Source: Candidatus Kaiserbacteria bacterium GW2011_GWA2_52_12 (lineage in GTDB: Bacteria > Patescibacteriota > Minisyncoccia > Phycocordibacterales > UBA2100). From it: a stretch of DNA of 63,676 bases. The DNA lies in contig LCQW01000001.1 of assembly GCA_001004345.1 (NCBI GenBank), positions 1 through 63,676 of the forward strand, given 5' to 3'. A program made the position numbers and the translations under genes. The notes under the pieces were generated by a model. That model was not told the DNA's origin and searched no databases. It saw only the letters and a list, made by a program, of their open reading frames with translations. Positions within the stretch are counted from its first letter, which is position 1. Each line of letters opens with the position of its first letter. Positions 45,540-54,940 of this stretch are shown here, piece by piece.

Positions 45540-47057
45540 CTATGTTTGTCGCGGAGCGCCCCCGAACGGTTGCAAATAATGCAGTACCTGGACCAACACA
45601 TCGCGTAGTTGTGTGAGTATCCTTTGGAACGTAGAGAGCTGTTGCGGAGAGTAGGAAGACAATGCCGAATTCGGACCCGCGTCTGTTGGTCGCAGGTTAT
45701 TTGACGTGAACGTCTGTGTGGGTATGTAGGCGGGAAGCTGCGTGCTGGTGGAGGTGATGGCGACCGTGCCCGTTGAGCTCGTTGTGCGGTTCTGTGTTGT
45801 GATATTCGACGCATTTACATTTGAATTGAGTGCGGCCGGACCGGTCGTTCCGTTCGTAAACACAACGCCGGTCGTACTGGCCCCATACCCGGCGAGCTGC
45901 TCTATCATTTCGAGTGCTGAGATGCCGCCGCTTGTGCTTGCATTTCCGTTGGTATTTTGGGTGTATAGATACAAGCCCGATGTTTGACCGGTCGTATTGG
46001 ATGAATTAGACGAATTATTTGATGCGGAATTGGCGAGAGTGTTGAGCGACGTGCCGGAAGTATTATTCCCGGAGTTGGCGTTGACCGTAGTATTGCCGGA
46101 AGCGGTTGTTCGCGTTTGGGTGCCTGATGTTGCGCTGGTCCCGGTCGTATATGTGCCAGTCGTAGGGTCGTACGTGGTCGATTGCGTGTACGTAAATGGT
46201 TGCTGCGTTTGCGGCAGCGGCTGCTGCTGATACGGTTGTTGTTGAGTAGGTTGCTGTGATGCCTGGAGCAAATACGGGGCGGCCGTCAATAAACCGCGAA
46301 GTGCGTTCGTAATACCGGACGATGGTGCGCCCGAGTATCCAATGCCGGCGTTTGTCGCCGGTGTTATGGGAGTGAACGGAAGTCCGTTGCAGGGCTTGGT
46401 GACACCTTGCCGTGCGCACATCGCCGCTTCACCTGTGCCGCTTCCAGCGAGCGTCATGTGTGGATTATCACCACCGAGATATGGAAAACAGACACCGAAT
46501 CGCGGATTTGCCCGCGCAAAATCCCACATCGATTCATACGAACTGCGCAAAGGATTTACGTCGATGGCGAGTCCGAGCATATGGTTGGAACCGCCTGCCC
46601 CGCCTGCCCGTCCATTTTCAGTGCGATCACATTGAATGACCGTGGGTGTCTTTGGACCGCATCGAAATGTCGATGACATACTCACGGGACCATATTTAGC
46701 TTGATACGCTTTGAAAAAATCCGCCGCACAGATTGCAAATGTATTATCGAGTTTGTCGATGTGGGCTTTATCGGGCAACGCTTGGCATGCACCGACGCAT
46801 TTATTCGGCAAGTTATTGAGATACTCTTTTGCCACTCCGGCTGCATTGCTGATACCGAGTGTCGCGTCGCTCCCGCATACTTGCGTCACGCCTGCGATGA
46901 TGCCCTCTCCCACAGCGTTCACCTCCTGCTGCGTTGCGGGGTGAGACATTCCACCGGCCGCACACCGGAATGCTATTTCAGCATGTGAAAGGGTAGGAAT
47001 TGCAGCCAAAAAAACAATCACAATGATTATACTTTGTTCATGGAGCGATGTCCGCAT
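45540..47057 (-). CDS. Secreted peptidase M15-like protein with Q/T/S/N-rich tail
   Basis: Signal peptide; SSTFR, SNHMLGLAID, DNPH; low-complexity C-terminal half; start uncertain. Confidence 0.7.
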   Translation of the reverse strand: MRTSLHEQSIIIVIVFLAAIPTLSHAEIAFRCAAGGMSHPATQQEVNAVGEGIIAGVTQVCGSDATLGISNAAGVAKEYLNNLPNKCVGACQALPDKAHIDKLDNTFAICAADFFKAYQAKYGPVSMSSTFRCGPKTPTVIQCDRTENGRAGGAGGSNHMLGLAIDVNPLRSSYESMWDFARANPRFGVCFPYLGGDNPHMTLAGSGTGEAAMCARQGVTKPCNGLPFTPITPATNAGIGYSGAPSSGITNALRGLLTAAPYLLQASQQPTQQQPYQQQPLPQTQQPFTYTQSTTYDPTTGTYTTGTSATSGTQTRTTASGNTTVNANSGNNTSGTSLNTLANSASNNSSNSSNTTGQTSGLYLYTQNTNGNASTSGGISALEMIEQLAGYGASTTGVVFTNGTTGPAALNSNVNASNITTQNRTTSSTGTVAITSTSTQLPAYIPTQTFTSNNLRPTDAGPNSALSSYSPQQLSTFQRILTQLRDVLVQVLHYLQPFGGAPRQT

Positions 47058-47192
47058 GTATGTGAAGTATACAAGAAAAAACCTCCGGTTGCGCAGGCGT
47101 TTGAAGTAGTCATCGCAGACAAATTGTGATTCTGCCAGGCAGGCGTATAGTGAAATGAGTACATAATCAACCAAACGAAAAGGGAGGCAGCG

Positions 47193-48020
47193 ATGATGGT
47201 ATCAATGCGACATGTCGTCGGCCTCCTTCTGGGAGCGCTGATCACCATCTATGCAACATCTGCCGACGCGAAGCGATCCGAGGAAGTAAAGCAGCGAGAC
47301 GAAATTGAGCGAATTGCGGAAGAGCAAAAAAAGTATGAAGAGTGCGTGCTTGAGACGCAGATAATTGCTGGCACATATTTCGCGGACCAAACCGCGCGTT
47401 CCGGGCGTACTTCGGACATCGATGAATATTTGTTTCTTATATATTTGCGCACCACCAAGTTTGACGGCAAATGTTTCGCGCACAAGGATCCTCAAGCTGC
47501 AGAAAGGCGCAAGATGACATTGCCACAATATACAATTGGCGGGGTTCACCCTGTTTTTAAAGAACGCCTGGTCAGGCTTTGTAAAAAACTGGAAACCGAA
47601 GGTTTTTTGTGCGGCATCACGAGTCCGTTTCGCGATGACTATCGGCAAAAAATCTCGGAAGGTTTCAGGGCGGGTAACTGCAATTCGTATCACGGCGGCA
47701 GCTGTCGAACCAAAGGATGGGGGGATGGCCGCGCGGTCGATATGGTCAATATATCTTCTATAACAGCCACGAAAAAAGAGCGTGTGGCCAATAACATAAA
47801 ATTGTGGGCTCGCATCGATGAACTCGAAAAAGAATTTCTGATATATCGGCCGATGCCGGATCGCGATCCCATGCACATTCAGCCGCGCGGCACGCTTGAA
47901 GCCGTCGCTGGTTTGCGCGAGGAAATGCAAAAATCCGTTGAGGTCGAGAAAAGGAAAGAAGACGTCTCTGGACACGGAAAGAAAAAGAGGCACATCAAGA
48001 AAAAAACGAAAAAGAGATGA
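47193..48020 (+). CDS. Secreted peptidase M15-like protein
   Basis: Signal peptide; TSPFRDD, NSYHGG..GRAVD, DPMH. Confidence 0.7.
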   Translation: MMVSMRHVVGLLLGALITIYATSADAKRSEEVKQRDEIERIAEEQKKYEECVLETQIIAGTYFADQTARSGRTSDIDEYLFLIYLRTTKFDGKCFAHKDPQAAERRKMTLPQYTIGGVHPVFKERLVRLCKKLETEGFLCGITSPFRDDYRQKISEGFRAGNCNSYHGGSCRTKGWGDGRAVDMVNISSITATKKERVANNIKLWARIDELEKEFLIYRPMPDRDPMHIQPRGTLEAVAGLREEMQKSVEVEKRKEDVSGHGKKKRHIKKKTKKR

Positions 48021-48161
48021 TGGCGATGATTGCATCGCACGTCGTCGGGTCGGCCCGCGGCTATGCCGCGGGCATCTTTCGTGCGACCTGTGCATTTCTC
48101 CCGTAAGGTGTCTTGCGAGCTGCTATAATTACAAAATACTAGCTAACGACATTATTGATGT

Positions 48162-48584
48162 ATGAGACGACAGTGGCTTCACGACATGGCCAAGTTTGGT
48201 GCAGGGCTTATTGCGGCTGACTTTATTACGATGTGGTGGCTTTCAATGCAGCACACGCTGCCGAAGGTCTTCCTCGGGCTTTCCATTACAAGCGATATGC
48301 TCGTGCCAGCGATGGTGGTGGATATTTTCATCCTCCTTATTCTTGTGCATTACGGTTGGAATATCGGACGCATCCCGCAGATAAAGGAGCGGATGTACCT
48401 GACCGCCGCCGGTGCCATCTTCACGGTTATTTTGCTCGGACACCTCGCGCACGTGCTGTATTCGGGCGACATTTCGATCCTCGGGTGGGACGTGCCGGTT
48501 TTCCTCTCATGGCTCGGTGTATTGGTCGCTGGTTATCTGGCGTATGCCAGCTTCCACTTTGCGATGCGAATGAAGGGCAGGTAG
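48162..48584 (+). CDS. Hypothetical 4-TM membrane protein
   Basis: Four hydrophobic segments. Confidence 0.75.
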   Translation: MRRQWLHDMAKFGAGLIAADFITMWWLSMQHTLPKVFLGLSITSDMLVPAMVVDIFILLILVHYGWNIGRIPQIKERMYLTAAGAIFTVILLGHLAHVLYSGDISILGWDVPVFLSWLGVLVAGYLAYASFHFAMRMKGR

Positions 48585-48601
48585 TTCTTCCGCCCATCGA
48601 A

Positions 48602-48631
48602 CACAAAGCGCCCCGATCGGGGCGCTTTGTG
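48602..48631. terminator. Hairpin terminator
   Basis: CACAAAGCGCCCC-GATC-GGGGCGCTTTGTG. Confidence 0.65.
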
Positions 48632-48728
48632 CATAGGCAGGTCAGACTTTCTTGAACTTCTGGAATGGTGGTTGAGTTGTGCACCTCGACCTCTCGACGC
48701 CATTATGAGGCGGCGAGATACTGTACGC

Positions 48729-49286
48729 ATGTCATACATTACTATTGAAGAATCATCATTATCACATTTCCTTAAGAACGATACGCGCATCGCCGTTTTA
48801 TGGCTCGTCGTCCGCGTCTATCTCGGATGGGAGTGGCTACAGGCAGGATGGGGTAAGTTCAACAATCCCGCATGGATAGGCGACAACATCGGCCAGGGCA
48901 TCGGCGGCTTTGTCCAAAACGCCCTCAAGAAAACGGCCGACGCGTGCGCGCCGGCGCCGGCAGTATGTCATGCCGACGTCCAGAGCTGGTACGCGGCGTT
49001 CCTTCAGACTTTCGTCCAGCCATATCCGGAGCTTTGGTCGTACCTCATCACGTTCGGTGAAATTGCCGTAGGTATTGGTCTGATTGTCGGCTGTCTCACG
49101 GGGCTCGCGGCGTTCTTCGGCTTCACGATGAACCTTAATTTCATGCTCGCCGGCACGGTGAGTACCAATCCCATCATGATGGTGCTCGCTATCCTCCTCG
49201 TCTGCTCGTGGCGCGTGGCGGGCTATTGGGGATTGGACCAGTATGTTCTTCCGGTTGTATTTCGTAAGCGGTATTTGAAGAGGTAG
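48729..49286 (+). CDS. DoxX family membrane protein
   Basis: RVYLGWEWLQAGWGK, GEIAVGIGLIVG, MNLNFMLAGTVSTNP. Confidence 0.9.
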   Translation: MSYITIEESSLSHFLKNDTRIAVLWLVVRVYLGWEWLQAGWGKFNNPAWIGDNIGQGIGGFVQNALKKTADACAPAPAVCHADVQSWYAAFLQTFVQPYPELWSYLITFGEIAVGIGLIVGCLTGLAAFFGFTMNLNFMLAGTVSTNPIMMVLAILLVCSWRVAGYWGLDQYVLPVVFRKRYLKR

Positions 49287-49384
49287 CATAACGACTTACG
49301 ATGTCGTTATACAAGGACAAACAAATAGACTAAAAAAGAGTCTCCTATATACTGCAGCAGGGAATTCAAAAGAGGAGATGCGTC

Positions 49385-49681
49385 GTGCCCGAAGTGTTCG
49401 TCAAAGAACTCAATGCGACATTCTATCAGTTGCCGGAACAGTGGATACAAAAACTTGTCGACATGCCGGAAACGGCGATGGGATATCAACTCGTCGACAT
49501 CTTTTTGAAAGATGGGACAGTGATCGAGGGAGCTTGGATAGGGAATTGTCAGTACGTCGTACCCGGATATGGCCGCGAATCGTATCCTCCGTTCACGGAT
49601 GACGATATCGCCGACATCAAAATGAATCCTGCCGGTATCCGGCACGCTGGACCAAAAATCCAACTCAACCGTTCTCCATGA
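49385..49681 (+). CDS. Hypothetical protein
   Basis: AGAGGAG SD, GTG start, 98 aa. Confidence 0.65.
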   Translation: MPEVFVKELNATFYQLPEQWIQKLVDMPETAMGYQLVDIFLKDGTVIEGAWIGNCQYVVPGYGRESYPPFTDDDIADIKMNPAGIRHAGPKIQLNRSP

Positions 49682-49829
49682 ACGGTTTTGTTTTTGAGGA
49701 AATGGTGTCAGAAATGGTGTCAGGAACCTTATACGAAACAATCGGGTGGGGGAATCGCCCCCGCTCCGCTGAGGCTTCGCGGGGCACAGCCGCGACTGAA
49801 CAATCCTCGCCTGCAAGGCGAGGGTTGTT

Positions 49830-49859
49830 CAGACTTTCGAGTATGTAAACGTAGAACAT
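49830..49859 (-). pseudogene. GIY-YIG nuclease 5' remnant
   Basis: MFYVYILESL, then interrupted by a 37-bp palindrome. Confidence 0.5.
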
Positions 49860-49981
49860 GTTTACCCCACGTCGTTCGCTATCGCGAGCTATGGGGGGTT
49901 CACCACTTTACTTCGTCACACTTCGCTTGTTAAGCTTCGCGCGATTCGTATCGCAATGCTCGCAAGTGCGCGCACCGCGAA

Positions 49982-50012
49982 GCAAAAGAGCTCCCATAGG
50001 GAGCTCTTTTGC
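49982..50012 (-). terminator. tmRNA terminator hairpin
   Basis: GCAAAAGAGCTCCC-ATA-GGGAGCTCTTTTGC. Confidence 0.8.
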
Positions 50013-50016
50013 GAAG

Positions 50017-50407
50017 TGGTGGAGGTGGGGAGAATCGAACTCCCGTCCAAAGAAAAGTAAGTGTATGTGTCTACGAGGCGTAGGACATCTGATTTTGTTT
50101 AAGAACGTTGCATATGAGATGAACAGAAACACAACATCCCGATTCCGAAGTCTTAGATGCATAGTGGACGCTATTCATCAGTGCTTGAAATTTTTTACGC
50201 CCAGCCACGCTTGATCAAGCGTCGACGTGGTGGACGGAACTTAGGCTATAAGAGCGTAAGCTGGCTGCAGGTCTGCCAATTGAATTGGCGAGAGCACTGC
50301 CCGTGCTACTTTGTTCGCACTTAGGTTTTTTGAGCATTTTGAGAGAGGTGCTCACTCTCGCCGCGCGCATACATATACCGATTTCCTTGTCGAAGCCAGT
50401 CACCCCC
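50017..50407 (-). ncRNA. ssrA: tmRNA; tag ANKVARAVLSPIQLADLQPAYALIA
   Basis: 5' GGGGGTGACTGGCTTCGAC; 3' GGGAGTTCGATTCTCCCCACCTCCACCA; tag ORF 50318-50241; near smpB. Confidence 0.93.
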
Positions 50408-50441
50408 GAGGAATAGGGATTAGGTACCCAATCTCTACTTT

Positions 50442-50666
50442 TCACGAGTGGCTGGCAATTTTGTATTGAGTGTCGAAATGTGGACGGAATCCCGTATCGC
50501 CGAACATCTCGTCGGCGTTCAGTCCGCGGTTGAGAAGAATTTTTCTTTCCGGCACAACCGAAGGCTGTGCCAGTATTTCATCCAGGGACAATTCTTTATC
50601 CCCGGGTTCTCGACGTCGCTTCCCCGACATTGTGGCATCCTCCATTTGTTGGCCACATTTCGACAC
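50442..50666 (-). CDS. Hypothetical small protein
   Basis: Fills the smpB-ssrA gap; start uncertain. Confidence 0.35.
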   Translation of the reverse strand: MSKCGQQMEDATMSGKRRREPGDKELSLDEILAQPSVVPERKILLNRGLNADEMFGDTGFRPHFDTQYKIASHS

Positions 50667-50711
50667 TCAATATTATATAGTTTCGTGCGATGAGATGTCA
50701 TCTCATCGACA

Positions 50712-51155
50712 CTACTTCGTTTTCAAAGTTCTCTGAATTCTTCGCTTTTCCTCGCGGGCGCGGATGGAATAACGTTTGTCTTCCTTTTTCTTTCCACGCA
50801 CGATCGCGATGCCAAGCTTCAAATTCCGATTTCCATTATACACCGATAAAGGCACAATTGTCAAGCCTTTTTCACCCTCTGCGGAGGCTATATGGGCGAT
50901 TTCCTTGGTATTCAGCAGTAGTCTTCGGGTCCTTTCAGGATCATAGGATTTTGGGGCATTTTTTACCTGCCACGGGGGAATGGTGGCGCCCACGAGGTAG
51001 GCTTCACCGCCACGTGCCACGACGCGCGCGCCTTTGAGCGAGCCGAGGCCCGCACGGAGCGATTTCACCTCAAACCCGAGCAATTCCAAACCCGCCTCCA
51101 TTGTCTCGAGGATGGTGTAGTCGAATCCCACGCGTTTGTTCTCAATGAGTGACAT
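50712..51155 (-). CDS. smpB: SsrA-binding protein
   Basis: EAGLELLGFEVKSLR, YDPERTRRLLL, GKKKEDKR. Confidence 0.97.
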   Translation of the reverse strand: MSLIENKRVGFDYTILETMEAGLELLGFEVKSLRAGLGSLKGARVVARGGEAYLVGATIPPWQVKNAPKSYDPERTRRLLLNTKEIAHIASAEGEKGLTIVPLSVYNGNRNLKLGIAIVRGKKKEDKRYSIRAREEKRRIQRTLKTK

Positions 51156-51258
51156 GTCCACACATATTGACTCATTTATACACTTCACTCAATCGACCCT
51201 CGTGCGTGGGTGCTACCCTGAATGGAGGCTCATTCACATTGGAAAATAGTGAAGGGAG

Positions 51259-52260
51259 GTGAGGCGCGTGAAGGTGATCGAGAATGTCGTCGTCGTTGGC
51301 GACGAGAACGTCGTGCGCGATCTCTTTTATCCAAAAATTATTGGAAAGAACAGCATGCCGACCCTGCGTGCGGTCATAGAACCCGGTGGCACGAAATCGG
51401 GGCTTACGGGAGGCCAGCGATTCTGTGCTTTTGAGGAAATGGGCATTTCCGCAAGTCACTTCGATAAGGGGTTGTTCACGTCTGCAGCCTCGTGCAACGG
51501 AATTGCGTATGCGGCGAAGCAGTCGCATATGATCTTGGAGTATTACCAAAAAATCTCCTTGCTCAATCCGCATATTTTGTGGTCTGCGATAACGAGGAGA
51601 GATTATCTTGGTCTCTTGTATTTGATGGATGAATTGCGCAGTACGCTTGATGTCGAGACATTTCGGAAGTGCCCGACGGACATCACGATCGCCGTTGCGG
51701 ATCTCCGCGCCAACGTTCACCTGCATAAGGCCAAGGAAGTCGAAGACATATTTGATCTTATGATGGCATCCTCGGCGCTGTTACCAGACATATACGGTCG
51801 GGAGATCAATGGTATCTACAGTGTCGATGGGGGATACACGATCGACAGCACCGTCATTGCATGGTTGCGCAAAATACTGAGCGAAATACCGAAAGAGCAG
51901 CGCACAAAGCAAAGAATCGACCTCTTGTATATCGCCAATCGTCCGCATCCGCGCGTTCATTTCAGTAAACTCGAAGAGTATATTTTCCATAAACTCATCG
52001 ATTGGACGACCGCAAAAAAATATCCGGAGCTCGCGCGCGGAGCGCGCTCTATTGATGGCAAATTGCGCAAGGTGGCTGATCTCTTCGACAAGCCGCGTCC
52101 ACATTTCCCATTCCTGCGCATGTGTGCGCTTTTCCCGATGCCGGATGAAAACATTTATCCCATCGAAATGCGCAAAAAAATATTGCGTACATGTGGTGAA
52201 CTCACGCGTATGCGCACGGAAAAATTTCTGTGTGCACTCATGCCGAAACACGAAATATGA
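51259..52260 (+). CDS. Patatin-like phospholipase (degenerate motifs)
   Basis: PGGTKSG, SAASCNG, ASSALLP, DGG. Confidence 0.65.
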   Translation: MRRVKVIENVVVVGDENVVRDLFYPKIIGKNSMPTLRAVIEPGGTKSGLTGGQRFCAFEEMGISASHFDKGLFTSAASCNGIAYAAKQSHMILEYYQKISLLNPHILWSAITRRDYLGLLYLMDELRSTLDVETFRKCPTDITIAVADLRANVHLHKAKEVEDIFDLMMASSALLPDIYGREINGIYSVDGGYTIDSTVIAWLRKILSEIPKEQRTKQRIDLLYIANRPHPRVHFSKLEEYIFHKLIDWTTAKKYPELARGARSIDGKLRKVADLFDKPRPHFPFLRMCALFPMPDENIYPIEMRKKILRTCGELTRMRTEKFLCALMPKHEI

Positions 52261-52333
52261 AGAACGTCTGAAAACGGCTCTGTACGGGCCGTTTTTTCTT
52301 TTCAACAGAGCCGAAATATGTATAATACCTCAA

Positions 52334-54259
52334 ATGGCCACCCGTAACACGGAAAAGGGCCCTCGTAAAAGCGGGGGCGCACCAGCCTCGCAAGGGCCGA
52401 ACATCTGGATACAGCTTTCCACTGCGTTCGCGGTTTTTCTCGTGCTCTCGCTCGGCTACTCGCTGTTGCGCCAGTATATCGTGACACAGAACGAAAGCGT
52501 CCCAATCTCGCAGATCGCCACGGATATTTCGGCGGATAAAATATCTACGATCACCGTCGAGGGCGACACGATCACTGCCACATACATCGATAAGACCGTC
52601 AAAACGTCCCGCAAGGAAACGGAAACGTCGCTCACCCAGACGCTTTCCGATTACAACATTCCGGCGGAAAAATTGGCCAAAGTATCGATAGAAATAAAAG
52701 ATGAAGGCGGTGTGCGATTTTGGTTTCTCACGCTCGCGCCTATCATCGTGCCGGTTCTCCTCCTCTTCGGCGTCATCTGGTATCTCTCGCGGCAGCTACG
52801 TCAGGGCGGCATGCAGGCGTTTACCTTTGGCCGTTCAATGGCGCGGTTGGTGGATCCGGAAGACAAAGTGCAGCGAGTCACCTTTGCCGACGTGGCTGGC
52901 GCAAAGGAAGCGAAAGAGGAACTCACCGAGATAGTTGACTTTCTCAAAAATCCCAAGAAATTCATTTTGATCGGCGCACGCATTCCGAAGGGCGTCCTCC
53001 TCATGGGCGCACCGGGGACGGGGAAGACGCTTCTCGCGCGCGCGGTCGCCGGCGAGGCGGGTGTGCCGTTCTTCTCGATATCAGGTTCCGAATTCGTTGA
53101 AATGTTCGTCGGTGTCGGCGCTTCCCGCGTGCGCGACCTCTTTCAGACCGCAAAAAAGTCTGCGCCCGCGATCGTGTTCCTCGATGAGATCGATGCAGTG
53201 GGACGCGTGCGCGGTTCGGGGGTGGGCGGCGGCAACGACGAACGCGAACAGACCTTGAACCAGATACTCGTCGAGATGGATGGATTCGAACCCAATGAAA
53301 AAGTTATCGTAATGGCGGCGACGAACCGTCCCGACGTGCTCGATCCGGCGCTCATCCGTCCAGGCCGATTCGACCGCCGCGTCGTTATCGATTTACCCGA
53401 CCGAAAGGACCGTGAAGACATTCTTGCCACCCATTCTCGCACCAAGCCGCTTGGTCCCGATGTGAAACTCTCGGTTATTGCGGAACGCACGCCCGGCTTT
53501 TCCGGCGCCGACCTCGCCAACCTTATGAACGAAGGCGCCATCCTCGCGGCGCGGGAAAATCGAAAAGAGGTGACGCAGTACGATCTCGTTCGTTCCATCG
53601 AAAAGGTGATGCTCGGACCCGAACGCCGCTCGCACGTCTTGAATAAAAAAGAAAAAGAAATTACCGCATATCACGAGGCGGGACACGCACTCATTGCATC
53701 CGTGCTCACGTATGCAGACCCGGTGCACAAAATTTCTATCATCAGCCGCGGCCGCGCCGCGGGCTACACGCTGAAGCTGCCGCTTGAAGACCGAAGGATG
53801 CAATCGCGCAAGGAATTTTTGGACGATATCGCGGTATCGCTCGGCGGCTACATCGCGGAAAAATTGGTGTTCAATGACATCACGACCGGCGCATCCAACG
53901 ACCTGCAGGTACTGACCGCACTCGCGCACAACATGGTCGCGCGGTACGGCATGTCGGACAAAATGGGTCCCATCGCGTTCGTGGCCTCGTCGCAGCGAGC
54001 GATGTTTGGCGAAGGGGTCGATGGGGAACAGTCGGAAGCGGTGGCGGCGGCTATCGGCGAAGAAGTGCACAAAATAATCGATGGCGCGTACAAGCAAGCC
54101 GAAGCGGTGATCAAAATGCATCGCAAAGCGCTCGATGCGATAGCCGCGAAGCTCGTCGAGGTGGAAACCATCGAACAGGTTGAGTTTGAAAAGATACTCA
54201 TTGCACACGGGATAACACCGAAGAAAAAGCAGGATATCGAACATCAGCCGTTGGCATGA
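52334..54259 (+). CDS. ftsH: ATP-dependent zinc metalloprotease FtsH
   Basis: 2 TMs, [24 protein letters not shown]. Confidence 0.98.
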   Translation: MATRNTEKGPRKSGGAPASQGPNIWIQLSTAFAVFLVLSLGYSLLRQYIVTQNESVPISQIATDISADKISTITVEGDTITATYIDKTVKTSRKETETSLTQTLSDYNIPAEKLAKVSIEIKDEGGVRFWFLTLAPIIVPVLLLFGVIWYLSRQLRQGGMQAFTFGRSMARLVDPEDKVQRVTFADVAGAKEAKEELTEIVDFLKNPKKFILIGARIPKGVLLMGAPGTGKTLLARAVAGEAGVPFFSISGSEFVEMFVGVGASRVRDLFQTAKKSAPAIVFLDEIDAVGRVRGSGVGGGNDEREQTLNQILVEMDGFEPNEKVIVMAATNRPDVLDPALIRPGRFDRRVVIDLPDRKDREDILATHSRTKPLGPDVKLSVIAERTPGFSGADLANLMNEGAILAARENRKEVTQYDLVRSIEKVMLGPERRSHVLNKKEKEITAYHEAGHALIASVLTYADPVHKISIISRGRAAGYTLKLPLEDRRMQSRKEFLDDIAVSLGGYIAEKLVFNDITTGASNDLQVLTALAHNMVARYGMSDKMGPIAFVASSQRAMFGEGVDGEQSEAVAAAIGEEVHKIIDGAYKQAEAVIKMHRKALDAIAAKLVEVETIEQVEFEKILIAHGITPKKKQDIEHQPLA

Positions 54260-54298
54260 AGAAGCGCCCCGCCGAAGGCGGGGCGCTACGAAAGAGCT

Positions 54299-54403
54299 CT
54301 AATTCAAAATCTGTAATACGTTTGGATTTGTGGCGATCAATAGACAAGCGGCGATTACGATACCTATCGCGGCCACGATGAAGTATTTTCCAATCGAATC
54401 CAT
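54299..54403 (-). CDS. 34-aa single-TM small protein
   Basis: AAGGAGG SD; MDSIGKYFIVAAIGIVIAACLLIATNPNVLQILN. Confidence 0.55.
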   Translation of the reverse strand: MDSIGKYFIVAAIGIVIAACLLIATNPNVLQILN

Positions 54404-54456
54404 AGTTTTTTCCTCCTTTTGCTATACTACCACAGTATGAATCCCGTTAGAAGTTG

Positions 54457-54576
54457 ATGAAAATAAAAGCCGCGAAAGCCATCGCCGCCCTCGTGCCAAA
54501 GCCGACAGCGCAAAAAATCATCCCTGACATGTTCGACAAACGCGTTGCTCCCGCCGTCGCTAAAGTCATCCGTTGA
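54457..54576 (+). pseudogene. 3' remnant resembling the NAD(P)-malic enzyme C-terminus
   Basis: MKIKAAKAIAALVPKPTAQKIIPDMFDKRVAPAVAKVIR. Confidence 0.6.
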
Positions 54577-54685
54577 CTGGATGAGACCCCCTCTATACCT
54601 CTAGCTTGAACGGCCGTCTAAGCTAGGGGTATATGGATGCCCAGGTGACAAATTCTGTTCGATGTGCGAATGTAATACTGTAGTA

Positions 54686-54759
54686 CCGCCCTTAGCTCAA
54701 TTGGTTAGAGCACCGAGCTTATACCTCGGGGGTTCTTGGTTCGAGTCCAAGAGGGCGGA
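54686..54759 (+). tRNA. tRNA-Ile(TAT)
   Basis: CCGCCCT/AGGGCGG acceptor stem; CCGAG-CTTATAC-CTCGG; TTCGAGT T-loop; A73. Confidence 0.9.
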
Positions 54760-54940
54760 CAAGCATAAAAACTGTGCGGGGCACAGTTTTTTTGACTTGT
54801 CCGAGCCGGAGGGCGACGGCCCGAGGCGGGGTCGCGAGATTTTTCAGCAGAAAAATACTTGTGACGACATGAACTAAGGACACTTGCTGTATTCAAGCGC
54901 TGGGGTATAACGACCACAGAAGAAAAGGACTGAAAGGGAA

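Noticed and set aside
49741..49765. att duplication of the tmRNA 3' end
   Set aside because: Only weak similarity (CGATTCCCCCACC) and no integrase.
52052..52333. N-terminal extensions in the ORF track (ftsH; also 55641-55964, 5573-5809, 28449-28574)
   Set aside because: They overlap upstream genes or terminators; better starts lie downstream.
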